DNA of 64,000 nucleotides from an uncultured Bacillales bacterium. GTDB taxonomy: Bacteria > Bacillota_I > Bacilli_A > RFN20 > CAG-826. Below the pieces are notes generated by a model that made no database searches, was not told the DNA's origin, and saw nothing but the letters and a program-made list of their open reading frames with translations. The DNA lies in NCBI GenBank assembly GCA_946647665.1, contig CAMPCW010000001.1, positions 4,084-68,083 of the forward strand, written 5' to 3'. Shown one piece after another: positions 1 to 8,371 of this stretch (position 1 is its first letter; each line of letters opens with the position of its first letter). A program made the position numbers and the translations under genes.

Positions 1-293
1 GCTAAGTACCCCATCACTGTTAAGAAAGTTAAAGTTAAACAAGTAGTGGAAACTAGTTTTAAAACTACAACCCAAGTTGGATATCTGTTTTTAAATAATA
101 AATATATAAGAGATATAAAAGCGCTTATTCCGATAAAAATATTGCTTTGAACAGTAAAATATTTTAAAGCGTGCAATTTTGAACCTTTAATAAAGCCATC
201 GCTAGTGGTGAGCATCAAATAAATAGAGATTGCTACTAAAACCACTAATAAAAAGTTAAAAAATAGGTTTAAATTCTTTTTTCTAATATTCAT
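1..293 (-). CDS. Membrane protein, N-terminal part only (ATG at 293-291; continues past the window edge). Translation begins MNIRKKNLNLFFNFLLVVLVAISIYLML...
   Basis: Read from the reverse strand by hand. The ATG overlaps the last codons of the YolD-like gene. The ORF is open and hydrophobic to the window edge. It is missing from the ORF track because it is truncated by the window. Confidence 0.45.
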   Translation of the reverse strand, partial: MNIRKKNLNLFFNFLLVVLVAISIYLMLTTSDGFIKGSKLHALKYFTVQSNIFIGISAFISLIYLLFKNRYPTWVVVLKLVSTTCLTLTFLTVMGYL

Positions 294-672
294 CGCTTAA
301 TAATTTTATATCAATTATGTCTTTAATTTGAATAGAATCTCGATTTATAAAAACAATTTTCTTCTCTACTTTATCTATTTGTTTTATAGTGCCTTGATAA
401 ATTAGATATTTCTTTTTATTCAACGAATAATATTTTATTTCAATAACATTTCCTTTATTTAATTGGTGGAGTTTTTCTTCTAATTCATCTTTTTTATCTT
501 TGGCAAGAATTATTTTCTCTTCTTTATATTCCTGAGATTCTTCTATGGCTTCGCTATAACCAACAAGCGCGGCAAAAGGAGCAAACTGTGCTGCTCTATT
601 TTCTAGACTCATCTGTGGGTGATTTTTACTGACATGATGAGATAGATTAATGATGTCATCATATTTTCCCAT
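283..672 (-). CDS. YolD-like protein (partner of the Y-family polymerase)
   Basis: 129 aa. Translationally coupled immediately downstream of a UmuC-like polymerase gene (shared nt 672). An F-x-P-F-x-x-L-x-G-Y motif and a beta-rich C-terminus are consistent with the YolD family. The gene position mirrors uvrX-yolD and yqjW-yqjX. Confidence 0.55.
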   Translation of the reverse strand: MGKYDDIINLSHHVSKNHPQMSLENRAAQFAPFAALVGYSEAIEESQEYKEEKIILAKDKKDELEEKLHQLNKGNVIEIKYYSLNKKKYLIYQGTIKQIDKVEKKIVFINRDSIQIKDIIDIKLLSDEY

Positions 673-2168
673 TACGCTTTATGACCACCGATTTGCTCAT
701 TTCGCTCTCTGGTGGTTCCTCCTTCTTGAAAGTCTCTTCCCTTTAAGACTTTGTTTTTGCCGTATTTTTTCTTAATTGAGTTAATTGTTTGTTGCAACTT
801 ATTTTCTTCTTCAAGTTTAGTTTTTAAGACCGCTTTTTTCTTTTCAAGTTCATCGTAGTCAATGAATAAATTAAGCTGTTCATAGTCTCTTTCAAACTTC
901 TTAACTTCGTTGATTTTTATTACTCTAGTAGCCACAATATACATTCTTCGTACATGAAGTTTTTTATTCACTAATTTATCAAATAAAGCGACGGAGGCCG
1001 CCTCAATTAGTGTAGTGGAGTTAGTGAATTGACCAATATTAATTGAAGAATGGTTGCCTTTAGGTATGTCTCTACCATACCAGTCTTTATCTATAACAAT
1101 ATTATCTTGAGTTAAGTCTTTTACATCATAGCCAATAGAGATTGCAATTTGATCAGTTAATAACCCTTTTGCCACCATATCTAAAGATAAAGATTCCGCC
1201 ATTTCTTTAATGATAAGTAGAGCTTTACTATATTCATATGGTCCAGGTAAAACTTGACCAATAGATAATGAGTTATTTTCCGGAACATAAGATTTTATCT
1301 TATCCATAGTAACAGGTTCATATCCCCAAGCATGGTCGATTAAAAGTTCAGCATTTATTCCAAATTCTTCATATAAGACATCTTCATTTAGTAATGATTG
1401 TCTAGCAATATCGCCCATTGTGAATAATCCTAAATTATATAATCTTTTGGTTAAGCCTCTACCTACTCTCCAAAAGTCAGTTAAAGGGAGATGATCCCAT
1501 AATAATTTTCGATAAGACATCTCATCTAAAGAGGCAATTCTTACTCCATCTTCATTTTCTTTAGCGTGCTTTGCTAAAATATCCATCGCAACTTTACATA
1601 AATAAAGATTATCTCCCACTCCTGCAGTAGCAGTAATGCCTGTTTGGTCATAGACTTCTTTAATTAACATCGATGCAATTTGACTAGCAGTCTTTTTATA
1701 AGTCTTTAAGTATTTACTGACATCGATAAAGACCTCATCGATTGAATAGACGTGGATATCTTCGCTATCAATGTATTTTAGATATATTTTATATATCTCT
1801 GTGCTCTTTTGGATATATTTAGCCATCTGTGGTGGGGCTATAACAAAATCTAATTCTAATGATGGGTTTCTTTTTAATTGGTCATCATTAAAACTTTTTG
1901 CTTCAAATTTATGATTATGAGCTTTTTTAATTCTTTGATAGTTAATCTTTTTAACTGCTTCTTTAGCTTCAAATAATCTACATCTTCCTGGTAGACCATA
2001 TTGTTTTAAAGAAGGAGACACTGCTAGACAAATAGTTTTATCAGTTCTAGTAGGATCTGCTACTACTAAATGAGTCTTTAAAGGATCTAAATTTCTTTCC
2101 ATACATTCTACGGATGCATAAAAAGATTTTAGATCAATAGCGATATATTGTTTCTTTAATGTAGACAT
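672..2168 (-). CDS. Y-family (UmuC/DinB-like) translesion DNA polymerase
   Basis: The N-terminus IAIDLKSFYASVEC is the catalytic motif of UmuC/YqjW/ImuB-type polymerases. Total length is about 500 aa. An ATG at 2168 is used here; the track ORF extends to a GTG at 2192. Neither start has an RBS at ideal spacing. Confidence 0.85.
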   Translation of the reverse strand: MSTLKKQYIAIDLKSFYASVECMERNLDPLKTHLVVADPTRTDKTICLAVSPSLKQYGLPGRCRLFEAKEAVKKINYQRIKKAHNHKFEAKSFNDDQLKRNPSLELDFVIAPPQMAKYIQKSTEIYKIYLKYIDSEDIHVYSIDEVFIDVSKYLKTYKKTASQIASMLIKEVYDQTGITATAGVGDNLYLCKVAMDILAKHAKENEDGVRIASLDEMSYRKLLWDHLPLTDFWRVGRGLTKRLYNLGLFTMGDIARQSLLNEDVLYEEFGINAELLIDHAWGYEPVTMDKIKSYVPENNSLSIGQVLPGPYEYSKALLIIKEMAESLSLDMVAKGLLTDQIAISIGYDVKDLTQDNIVIDKDWYGRDIPKGNHSSINIGQFTNSTTLIEAASVALFDKLVNKKLHVRRMYIVATRVIKINEVKKFERDYEQLNLFIDYDELEKKKAVLKTKLEEENKLQQTINSIKKKYGKNKVLKGRDFQEGGTTRERNEQIGGHKA

Positions 2169-2223
2169 GTATTTATTGTATAAAAAAATCACCTTCTTTA
2201 GAAGATGATTTCAATAATTTATT

Positions 2224-3231
2224 CTATTTAAATGTTCCTTCTGGATAGCAGCGGTGCATGGTCTTTTCTATCGCTTCTTTTAAGCCGCCTCTACCAATAT
2301 GAAGTTCTGAAGCGACTTTATCCATTACTTCAGGTTCAATACAGCATTTATCTCCTGACATAATCTCTTTCATTACAAGTTTGAAGTTAAGTCCTGGTTC
2401 CAGTCCTTTCTTCATCTCTTTTTTAGCAACCATCTTTCCACCCATAGCGCATAAGGTCTTACCTGGATGAATAATTTTTCTTGGTTTCTTTAAGACCGCT
2501 CCAGTCATGGTGTTTAACATGAAGTCAAAAGATTTATTTTCATCGCCAACTGGATACTTTTCTCCGTCTTTTCCATATTCGATCGCTCCAATAGCGGCTT
2601 CGGCGATATGTTCAACGGCAATCATAGTGGTGCTTCCCTTAGGGAAGAAGATGAATTTATGACCGTTTACGTATCTATCAAGGAAGACATCTCTCCAAAT
2701 CGGCATTCTTTCTGGCATGGTACCAAAAATATATGGGAACTCAAGCATCACAACTTCCATCTTTTTCTTTTGTTCATTTAATAATTTAGCTTGTTCAACA
2801 CGACATCTAATATATGGGTGTTTTTCCGCGAGTTTCATCTCTGGATATCTTCTATCAAAATAAGCAAAATATGAATTAAAGCAGGCTGCCTTTTTAATGC
2901 CAGCTCTTTCCGCTGCTCTAAAACATTTTGCGCATTCGACAACTAATCTTCGATGAAAATATTCATAGGCAGGGGCTTTAGGAGTTTCTCTATCATCTGG
3001 TCCGACAGAGTAAATCATATAGTCGTAGCCTTTAAACATTTCGGTCAAAGTATCTTCGTCGGTTTCAAATAAATCAGTAAATCTAACATCAACTTCTTTT
3101 GGATACCATCCATCTAAATTGACATCGTTTAAAGAGATAGAGCCGACTTCATATCCTTTTTTGAGTGCCAACATAGTGGTGTAGTAACCTAAAAAACCAG
3201 TTCCCCCTAGAATTAATAGTTTCTTTTTCAT
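2224..3231 (-). CDS. NAD-dependent epimerase/dehydratase (SDR family)
   Basis: The N-terminus carries the Rossmann motif LILGGTGFLG. Length is 335 aa. Confidence 0.75.
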   Translation of the reverse strand: MKKKLLILGGTGFLGYYTTMLALKKGYEVGSISLNDVNLDGWYPKEVDVRFTDLFETDEDTLTEMFKGYDYMIYSVGPDDRETPKAPAYEYFHRRLVVECAKCFRAAERAGIKKAACFNSYFAYFDRRYPEMKLAEKHPYIRCRVEQAKLLNEQKKKMEVVMLEFPYIFGTMPERMPIWRDVFLDRYVNGHKFIFFPKGSTTMIAVEHIAEAAIGAIEYGKDGEKYPVGDENKSFDFMLNTMTGAVLKKPRKIIHPGKTLCAMGGKMVAKKEMKKGLEPGLNFKLVMKEIMSGDKCCIEPEVMDKVASELHIGRGGLKEAIEKTMHRCYPEGTFK

Positions 3232-3295
3232 ATCTATATCCTCTTAGTGATAATTATTGCATTATTTATAATTCTTAACCACCCATAAATATATT

Positions 3296-3964
3296 TTGAT
3301 GTATACTAATAATCTAATTATGACTCCTAAACTATATATATTTGATTTAGATGGTACTTTGGTAAATACCGTTAAAGATTTAAATAGAGGAATTAACTAC
3401 GCTTTAAATAAAAATGGCTATCCTAGTAAAAGTGTAGCCCATACCTCTAAAGCGATTGGTAACGGCATTTTCAAAACATTTTTAAGAAGTTTACCAACAG
3501 AAGATTTAGAAGCAGCTAAACAATGTTTGATAGATTTTAGAGAATATTATTCTAAACATTATCTAGATTATTCTTACCGCTATAAAGGAATGTTAACAAC
3601 TTTAAGAATACTTAAAAAAGAAGGACATCTTTTAGCGGTCGCTACTAATAAGTTAGATAAAATTGCGATAGATCTAGTTAATACTTTATATCCAAATATA
3701 TTCGATATGATTCTTGGAGATGATGGGGTTAGTCCAATTAAACCAGATCCATCAATGATTAATAAAATTATTAATACTTTAAAAGTAAATAAAACAGATA
3801 CAGTTTATATTGGTGATAGTGAAGTGGATATCTTGTCCGCTAGTAATGCAGAAGTAAAACTGATACTTGTAGACTATGGTTTCCATAGAAATGAAGATTT
3901 TCTCACTAATAAAGCTGGTATACATATCAATAAACCAAGTGAACTATTGAATATAAACTTATAG
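3296..3964 (+). CDS. HAD-superfamily hydrolase (phosphatase-like)
   Basis: Contains the HAD motif I, IFDLDGTLVNT, and a later GDS.D motif. The true start may be the ATG at 3320 (MTPKLYIFDLDG), because a TATACT -10-like box overlaps 3296-3306. Confidence 0.8.
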   Translation: MMYTNNLIMTPKLYIFDLDGTLVNTVKDLNRGINYALNKNGYPSKSVAHTSKAIGNGIFKTFLRSLPTEDLEAAKQCLIDFREYYSKHYLDYSYRYKGMLTTLRILKKEGHLLAVATNKLDKIAIDLVNTLYPNIFDMILGDDGVSPIKPDPSMINKIINTLKVNKTDTVYIGDSEVDILSASNAEVKLILVDYGFHRNEDFLTNKAGIHINKPSELLNINL

Positions 3965-3982
3965 TTTGTCAGCAAAATAAAA

Positions 3983-4009
3983 CCCTTGATTGCTCAAGGG
4001 ATTTTTATT
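3983..4009 (+). terminator. Rho-independent terminator (CCCTTGA-TTGC-TCAAGGG followed by ATTTTTATT)
   Basis: A perfect 7 bp stem, 4 nt loop and T-rich tail directly after the HAD gene stop. Confidence 0.6.
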
Positions 4010-4011
4010 AG

Positions 4012-4102
4012 TGGCGGAGTAGGAGAGACTCGAACTCTCGCACCAGTTGCCCGATCTACTTCCTTAGCAGGGAAGCCCCTTCACCAACTTGGGTACTACT
4101 CC
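4012..4102 (-). tRNA. tRNA-Ser (anticodon GCU)
   Basis: Manual fold of the 91 nt sequence. The acceptor stem is GGAGTAG/CTACTCC with discriminator G and an encoded CCA. The anticodon stem-loop is CTTCC-CTGCTAA-GGAAG. There is a long variable arm and a TTCGAGT T-loop. Confidence 0.85.
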
Positions 4103-4122
4103 AGTTCTTGTGAACGCTACAT

Positions 4123-4131
4123 ATCATAACA
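4123..4131 (-). promoter_or_regulatory. Extended -10 (TGTTATGAT) candidate promoter for tRNA-Ser
   Basis: The reverse strand reads TGTTATGAT about 20 nt upstream of the mature tRNA 5' end. Confidence 0.35.
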
Positions 4132-4219
4132 CATTTAATACTTTTTATTAAATATATAATTTATTTTTTGATTTTTAAGGTCTAAATTTTCCTTTATCGG
4201 CAAATAAAATTCATATCAG

Positions 4220-4248
4220 TTGCATATTGCCGTTAAAGAGCTTATATT
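4220..4248 (+). promoter_or_regulatory. Sigma-A type promoter for adhE (TTGCAT-17-TATATT)
   Basis: The hexamers are 17 nt apart, about 20 nt upstream of the GAGGT RBS at 4256-4260. Confidence 0.4.
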
Positions 4249-4269
4249 ATAACCAGAGGTAATAAAAAT

Positions 4270-7035
4270 ATGAAATACATGTCAGTCGCCGAAACTGCCA
4301 AAAAATGGAAGCTTTCTGAACGAAGTATCCGTAATTATTGTGCAGAAGGCAAAGTTGAAGGTGCTTTTTTAACTGGAAAAACATGGAATATTCCTAGTGA
4401 TGCTAAAAAACCTGTTAATAATGTTAAAAAAGAAGAAACTATTTCACCTTTAGACGAAGTTAATGAATTAGTTAGTAAAGCTCAAGTAGCGTTAAAAGAA
4501 TTTTCTAATTTCACACAGGATCAAATCGATTATATTGTTGCAAAAATGTCTGTTAGTGGATTAGACCATCATGGCACTCTTGCTCAAGCCGCTATTGACG
4601 AAACAAAAAGAGGGGTCTTTGAAGATAAAGCAACAAAGAACTTATTCGCTTGCGAATATGTTGTAAATAATATGCGTCATTTAAAGACTGTTGGTGTCAT
4701 TTCTGAAGATCCAGTTACTGGAATTACTGAAATCGCTGAACCAATTGGTGTGATATGTGGTATTACTCCAGTTACTAATCCTACTAGTACAGTGATCTTT
4801 AAATCCTTAATTTGCATTAAAACAAGAAATCCAATTATTTTTGCGTTTCATCCAAGCGCTCAACAATGTTCTAAACAAGCTGCGATTATTATGAGAGACG
4901 CCGCTGTTGCTGCTGGAGCTCCTGAAAACTGCATTCAATGGATTGAACATCCAAGTATGGAAGCAACCTCATTATTAATGAATCATCCAGGTGTGGCTAC
5001 TATTTTAGCTACTGGTGGTAACGCTATGGTTAAAGCAGCTTATAGCTGTGGGAAACCTGCAATGGGTGTTGGTGCAGGTAACGTACCTGCTTATATGCAT
5101 AAATCATGCAATGTTGAACAAGCAGTTAATGATATCGTTTTATCTAAATCATTTGATAACGGAATGATTTGCGCATCTGAACAAGCGGCGATTATCGATA
5201 AAGAAATTTATAAACAAGCCATTGAATTATTTAAAAGATTCAAGGTTTACTTTGTAAATGAAGAAGAAAAGAAGAAATTATCTAGATATATGTTTGGTTA
5301 TGCAGTTGGAGACGAAGGGGTGGAAGGTGCAAAACTTAACCCTGATATCGTTGGTAAACCAGCTTGGTGGATTGCTGAACAAGCCGGCTTTAGTGTTCCA
5401 AAAGATACATCTGTTATTGGTGTGGAATGTAAAGTTGTCGGACCAAGTGAACCAATTAGTAGAGAAAAATTATCTCCGGTATTAGCCTTCTTTAAAGTTA
5501 ATAACGAAGATGAAGGCATTGAAAGAGCAGCGCAAATGGTAGCCTTTAACGGGTTAGGCCATAGTGCTGCAATCCACTGCGCTGAACAATCTTTAGCCGA
5601 TAAATTTGGCGATAAAGTATTAGCGATGAGAATTATTTGGAATTCTCCTGCTACCTTTGGAGGAATTGGTAATGTCTATAATTCCTTCCTTCCATCTTTA
5701 ACTTTAGGTTGTGGAAGTTATGGTAGAAATTCAATCGGAGGTAATGTCTCCGCGGTTAATTTAATCAACATTAAGAAAGTTGGTAAAAGGAGAAACACTG
5801 TGCAATGGTTTAAGGTCCCTCGCAAAATTTATTTTGAGAGAAATTCAATTCAATATTTAAAATCCTGTAAAGACATGGAAAAAGTCTTTATTGTTACTGA
5901 TACTTCAATGGTGGAATTTGGCTTCTTTAAGAAGGTTGCTGAACAAATTAATTCTAGACGTAACAAAGTTACAATGCAGCTTTTCTGCGATGTGGAACCA
6001 GATCCAGATATCGAGACAGTCCGTAAGGGAGCAGAACAAATGAAAATCTTCCAACCAGACACCATTATTGCTTTAGGTGGTGGTTCGGTTATGGATGCTG
6101 CTAAAGGTATGTGGCTATTCTATGAACATCCAGAAGTGAACTTTGATGATTTAAAACAAAAGTTTATGGATATTAGAAAAAGAGCCTTCAAATACCCTGA
6201 ATTAGGTAATAGAAGTAGACTCATTTGTATCCCTACAACTTCCGGAACAGGTAGTGAAGTCACTCCATTCGCGGTTATTTCCGATAAGAAGAATAACAAA
6301 AAATATCCTTTAACTGATTATTCTTTAACTCCAACAATAGCTATTGTTGATCCAGAATTTACTACAAATTTACCAGCTCGACCAACCGCGATGACTGGTA
6401 TGGACGTTCTTACTCACGCGATTGAAGCTTATGTAAGCGTGATGGCTAGTGATTATACGGACGGCTTAGCTTTAAAAGCTATTCAATTAGTCTTTGAATA
6501 TTTACCAAGATGTGTAAAAAACGGACAACATGATTTAGAAGCTAGAGAAAAGATGCATAACGCCGCTACTATTGCTGGTATGGCATTTGCTAATGCATTC
6601 CTTGGAATGACTCACTCTATGGCCCATAAAGTTGGGGCGGAGTTCCATACAGTACACGGCCTAGCTTGCTCAATCTTATTGCCACACGTTATTAGATATA
6701 ATGGACAAGTACCAACTAAACTTAGTGTCTGGCCAAAATATAATCATTATTGTGCCGATAAGAAATATCAAGATATCGCTAAACTCCTTGGCTTAAAGGC
6801 TGATACTCCAGAACAAGGTGTGGAATCTCTTGCTAAAGCATGTGAAGATTTAGCTAAAGATATTGGTCTAGCCACTTGCTTTAAAGACACTGGCATTGAT
6901 AAAGATAACTTCTACACTCATATTGACCGCATTGCCGTATTAGCGTTTGAAGATCAATGTTCTCCATGTAACCCTAGAGTCCCTCTAGTGGAAGACATGA
7001 AACAAATTCTAAAAGAGGCCTACGAGGGCAAATAA
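4270..7035 (+). CDS. adhE: Bifunctional aldehyde/alcohol dehydrogenase AdhE with an N-terminal HTH-like extension of about 60 aa
   Basis: 921 aa. Residues from about 62 onward align with canonical AdhE, including the ALDH domain and the Fe-ADH domain with GGGS.MD and histidine motifs. Residues 1-55, MSVAETAKKWKLSERSIRNYCAEGKVEGAFLTGKTWNIP, resemble a small MerR/excisionase-like HTH domain. A good RBS (AGAGGT) lies 9 nt upstream of the ATG at 4270. Confidence 0.9.
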   Translation: MKYMSVAETAKKWKLSERSIRNYCAEGKVEGAFLTGKTWNIPSDAKKPVNNVKKEETISPLDEVNELVSKAQVALKEFSNFTQDQIDYIVAKMSVSGLDHHGTLAQAAIDETKRGVFEDKATKNLFACEYVVNNMRHLKTVGVISEDPVTGITEIAEPIGVICGITPVTNPTSTVIFKSLICIKTRNPIIFAFHPSAQQCSKQAAIIMRDAAVAAGAPENCIQWIEHPSMEATSLLMNHPGVATILATGGNAMVKAAYSCGKPAMGVGAGNVPAYMHKSCNVEQAVNDIVLSKSFDNGMICASEQAAIIDKEIYKQAIELFKRFKVYFVNEEEKKKLSRYMFGYAVGDEGVEGAKLNPDIVGKPAWWIAEQAGFSVPKDTSVIGVECKVVGPSEPISREKLSPVLAFFKVNNEDEGIERAAQMVAFNGLGHSAAIHCAEQSLADKFGDKVLAMRIIWNSPATFGGIGNVYNSFLPSLTLGCGSYGRNSIGGNVSAVNLINIKKVGKRRNTVQWFKVPRKIYFERNSIQYLKSCKDMEKVFIVTDTSMVEFGFFKKVAEQINSRRNKVTMQLFCDVEPDPDIETVRKGAEQMKIFQPDTIIALGGGSVMDAAKGMWLFYEHPEVNFDDLKQKFMDIRKRAFKYPELGNRSRLICIPTTSGTGSEVTPFAVISDKKNNKKYPLTDYSLTPTIAIVDPEFTTNLPARPTAMTGMDVLTHAIEAYVSVMASDYTDGLALKAIQLVFEYLPRCVKNGQHDLEAREKMHNAATIAGMAFANAFLGMTHSMAHKVGAEFHTVHGLACSILLPHVIRYNGQVPTKLSVWPKYNHYCADKKYQDIAKLLGLKADTPEQGVESLAKACEDLAKDIGLATCFKDTGIDKDNFYTHIDRIAVLAFEDQCSPCNPRVPLVEDMKQILKEAYEGK

Positions 7036-7047
7036 ATTAATCTAGAT

Positions 7048-7080
7048 AAATCCTTTTAGACAACTAAAGGGATTTTCTTT
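7048..7080 (+). terminator. Rho-independent terminator after adhE (12 bp stem, ACAA loop, T-rich tail)
   Basis: AAATCCTTTTAG-ACAA-CTAAAGGGATTT with one G-U pair, followed by TCTTTATAATTT. Confidence 0.55.
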
Positions 7081-7085
7081 ATAAT
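7080..7085 (+). promoter_or_regulatory. -10 box TATAAT placed 8 nt before the ATG at 7094 (leaderless start candidate)
   Basis: There is no Shine-Dalgarno sequence between the box and the ATG. Confidence 0.4.
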
Positions 7086-7093
7086 TTGAATAT

Positions 7094-8371
7094 ATGAAAA
7101 CATTACTTAAAAACGCCAAAATTTTATCCATGAAAGATGACCGAATTAGAGAAGGTCATATTGTTATTAACGATAACCGAATTAGTGAGATTGGCCCTCA
7201 AGTAGACCTTAACGCTAAATACGATAAGGTTATCGACTGTGAAGGTAATTTATTAATGCCTGGCTTTAAAAATGCCCACACTCATAGTGCGATGACATTT
7301 TTACGTAGTAAAGCTGATGATTCTGCTTTACATGATTGGTTATTTAAAGAAATTTTCCCTAGAGAAAATAACTTATATAAAGGCTGTGTTTATGAATTAG
7401 CAAAAGTGGCTTTACTTGAATATTTAACTAGTGGTATTACTGGAGTTATTGATCAATATTTCTTCCCAGAAGAATTTGAAAAAGCATGTAAAGAGTATGG
7501 CTTTAGAGCAGTCAATCTTATCATGTATGATCCAGAAAGTAGAAATAAAGAAACTTGTTATGAATTAATTAAATGTAACGAAGATAAAGATAGCTTAGTG
7601 AAAGCGGTTATTGGTTTACATAGCGAATACACTCCAACAGATGAGATGTTTAAAACCACTAAAGAATTATTAGATGAAACTAGTTTACCTTTCTATACCC
7701 ACTTAAGTGAAACCGCTCAAGAAGTAAGTGATTGTCTTTCTCGTAGAGGCATTCGCCCAATGAAATTCTTTGACGACTTACATTTCTTTGATCGTGGTGG
7801 AGCGATATTCCACGGGGTATATCTTGATGATAATGATATCGAAATCATTAAAAATAGAAATGTGATTGTTGTTTCAAATCCTGCTAGTAATATGAAACTC
7901 GCTAGTGGGGTGGCGGAAATTAAAAAGTTATTATCTAAAGGGGTCACGGTAGCGTTAGGCACTGATGGACCTGCTAGTAATAACGCGCTAGATATGTTTA
8001 GAGAAATGTATCTTGTTACCGGTTTACAAAAGTTAGTGCTCAAAGATCCTGTTTCTATTCCAGCTTTTGAGGTTTTAAAAATGGCCACCATAAACGGAGC
8101 CAAAGCGATGAATTTAAAAGACGCCGATACTCTTGAAGTTGGCAAATTAGCTGACATTATCATGATTGATTTATCTAGACCAAGCATGCAACCAATTAAT
8201 AATATTATTAATAACCTTGTTTATGCTGGTGAAAAAGATGTTGTGAAAATGACAATGATTAACGGTAAAGTTTTATATTATGACCGTGAATTCTTTGTTG
8301 GTGAAGATATTAAACAACTCTATAGCAGAGTACAAAAAATGACTGAATATCTATCAGTCATCAAGAAGTAA
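7094..8371 (+). CDS. Amidohydrolase-family deaminase (MTA/SAH deaminase or chlorohydrolase-like)
   Basis: An HxH metal motif (NAHTHS), a conserved HLSE and a C-terminal aspartate motif of the metal-dependent hydrolase superfamily. Length is 425 aa. Confidence 0.75.
   Translation: MKTLLKNAKILSMKDDRIREGHIVINDNRISEIGPQVDLNAKYDKVIDCEGNLLMPGFKNAHTHSAMTFLRSKADDSALHDWLFKEIFPRENNLYKGCVYELAKVALLEYLTSGITGVIDQYFFPEEFEKACKEYGFRAVNLIMYDPESRNKETCYELIKCNEDKDSLVKAVIGLHSEYTPTDEMFKTTKELLDETSLPFYTHLSETAQEVSDCLSRRGIRPMKFFDDLHFFDRGGAIFHGVYLDDNDIEIIKNRNVIVVSNPASNMKLASGVAEIKKLLSKGVTVALGTDGPASNNALDMFREMYLVTGLQKLVLKDPVSIPAFEVLKMATINGAKAMNLKDADTLEVGKLADIIMIDLSRPSMQPINNIINNLVYAGEKDVVKMTMINGKVLYYDREFFVGEDIKQLYSRVQKMTEYLSVIKK

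Noticed and set aside
4103-4135. TTGTGAA motif resembling half of a Rex operator upstream of adhE
   Set aside because: No inverted partner (TTCACAA) lies at the correct spacing. The motif is nearer the tRNA-Ser gene than the adhE promoter.
5258-6065. Three short ORFs (5258-5485 +, 5298-5519 -, 5850-6065 -) inside adhE
   Set aside because: They are out of frame or antisense to a strongly conserved 921 aa gene. They show no RBS and have low-complexity composition. They are chance ORFs.
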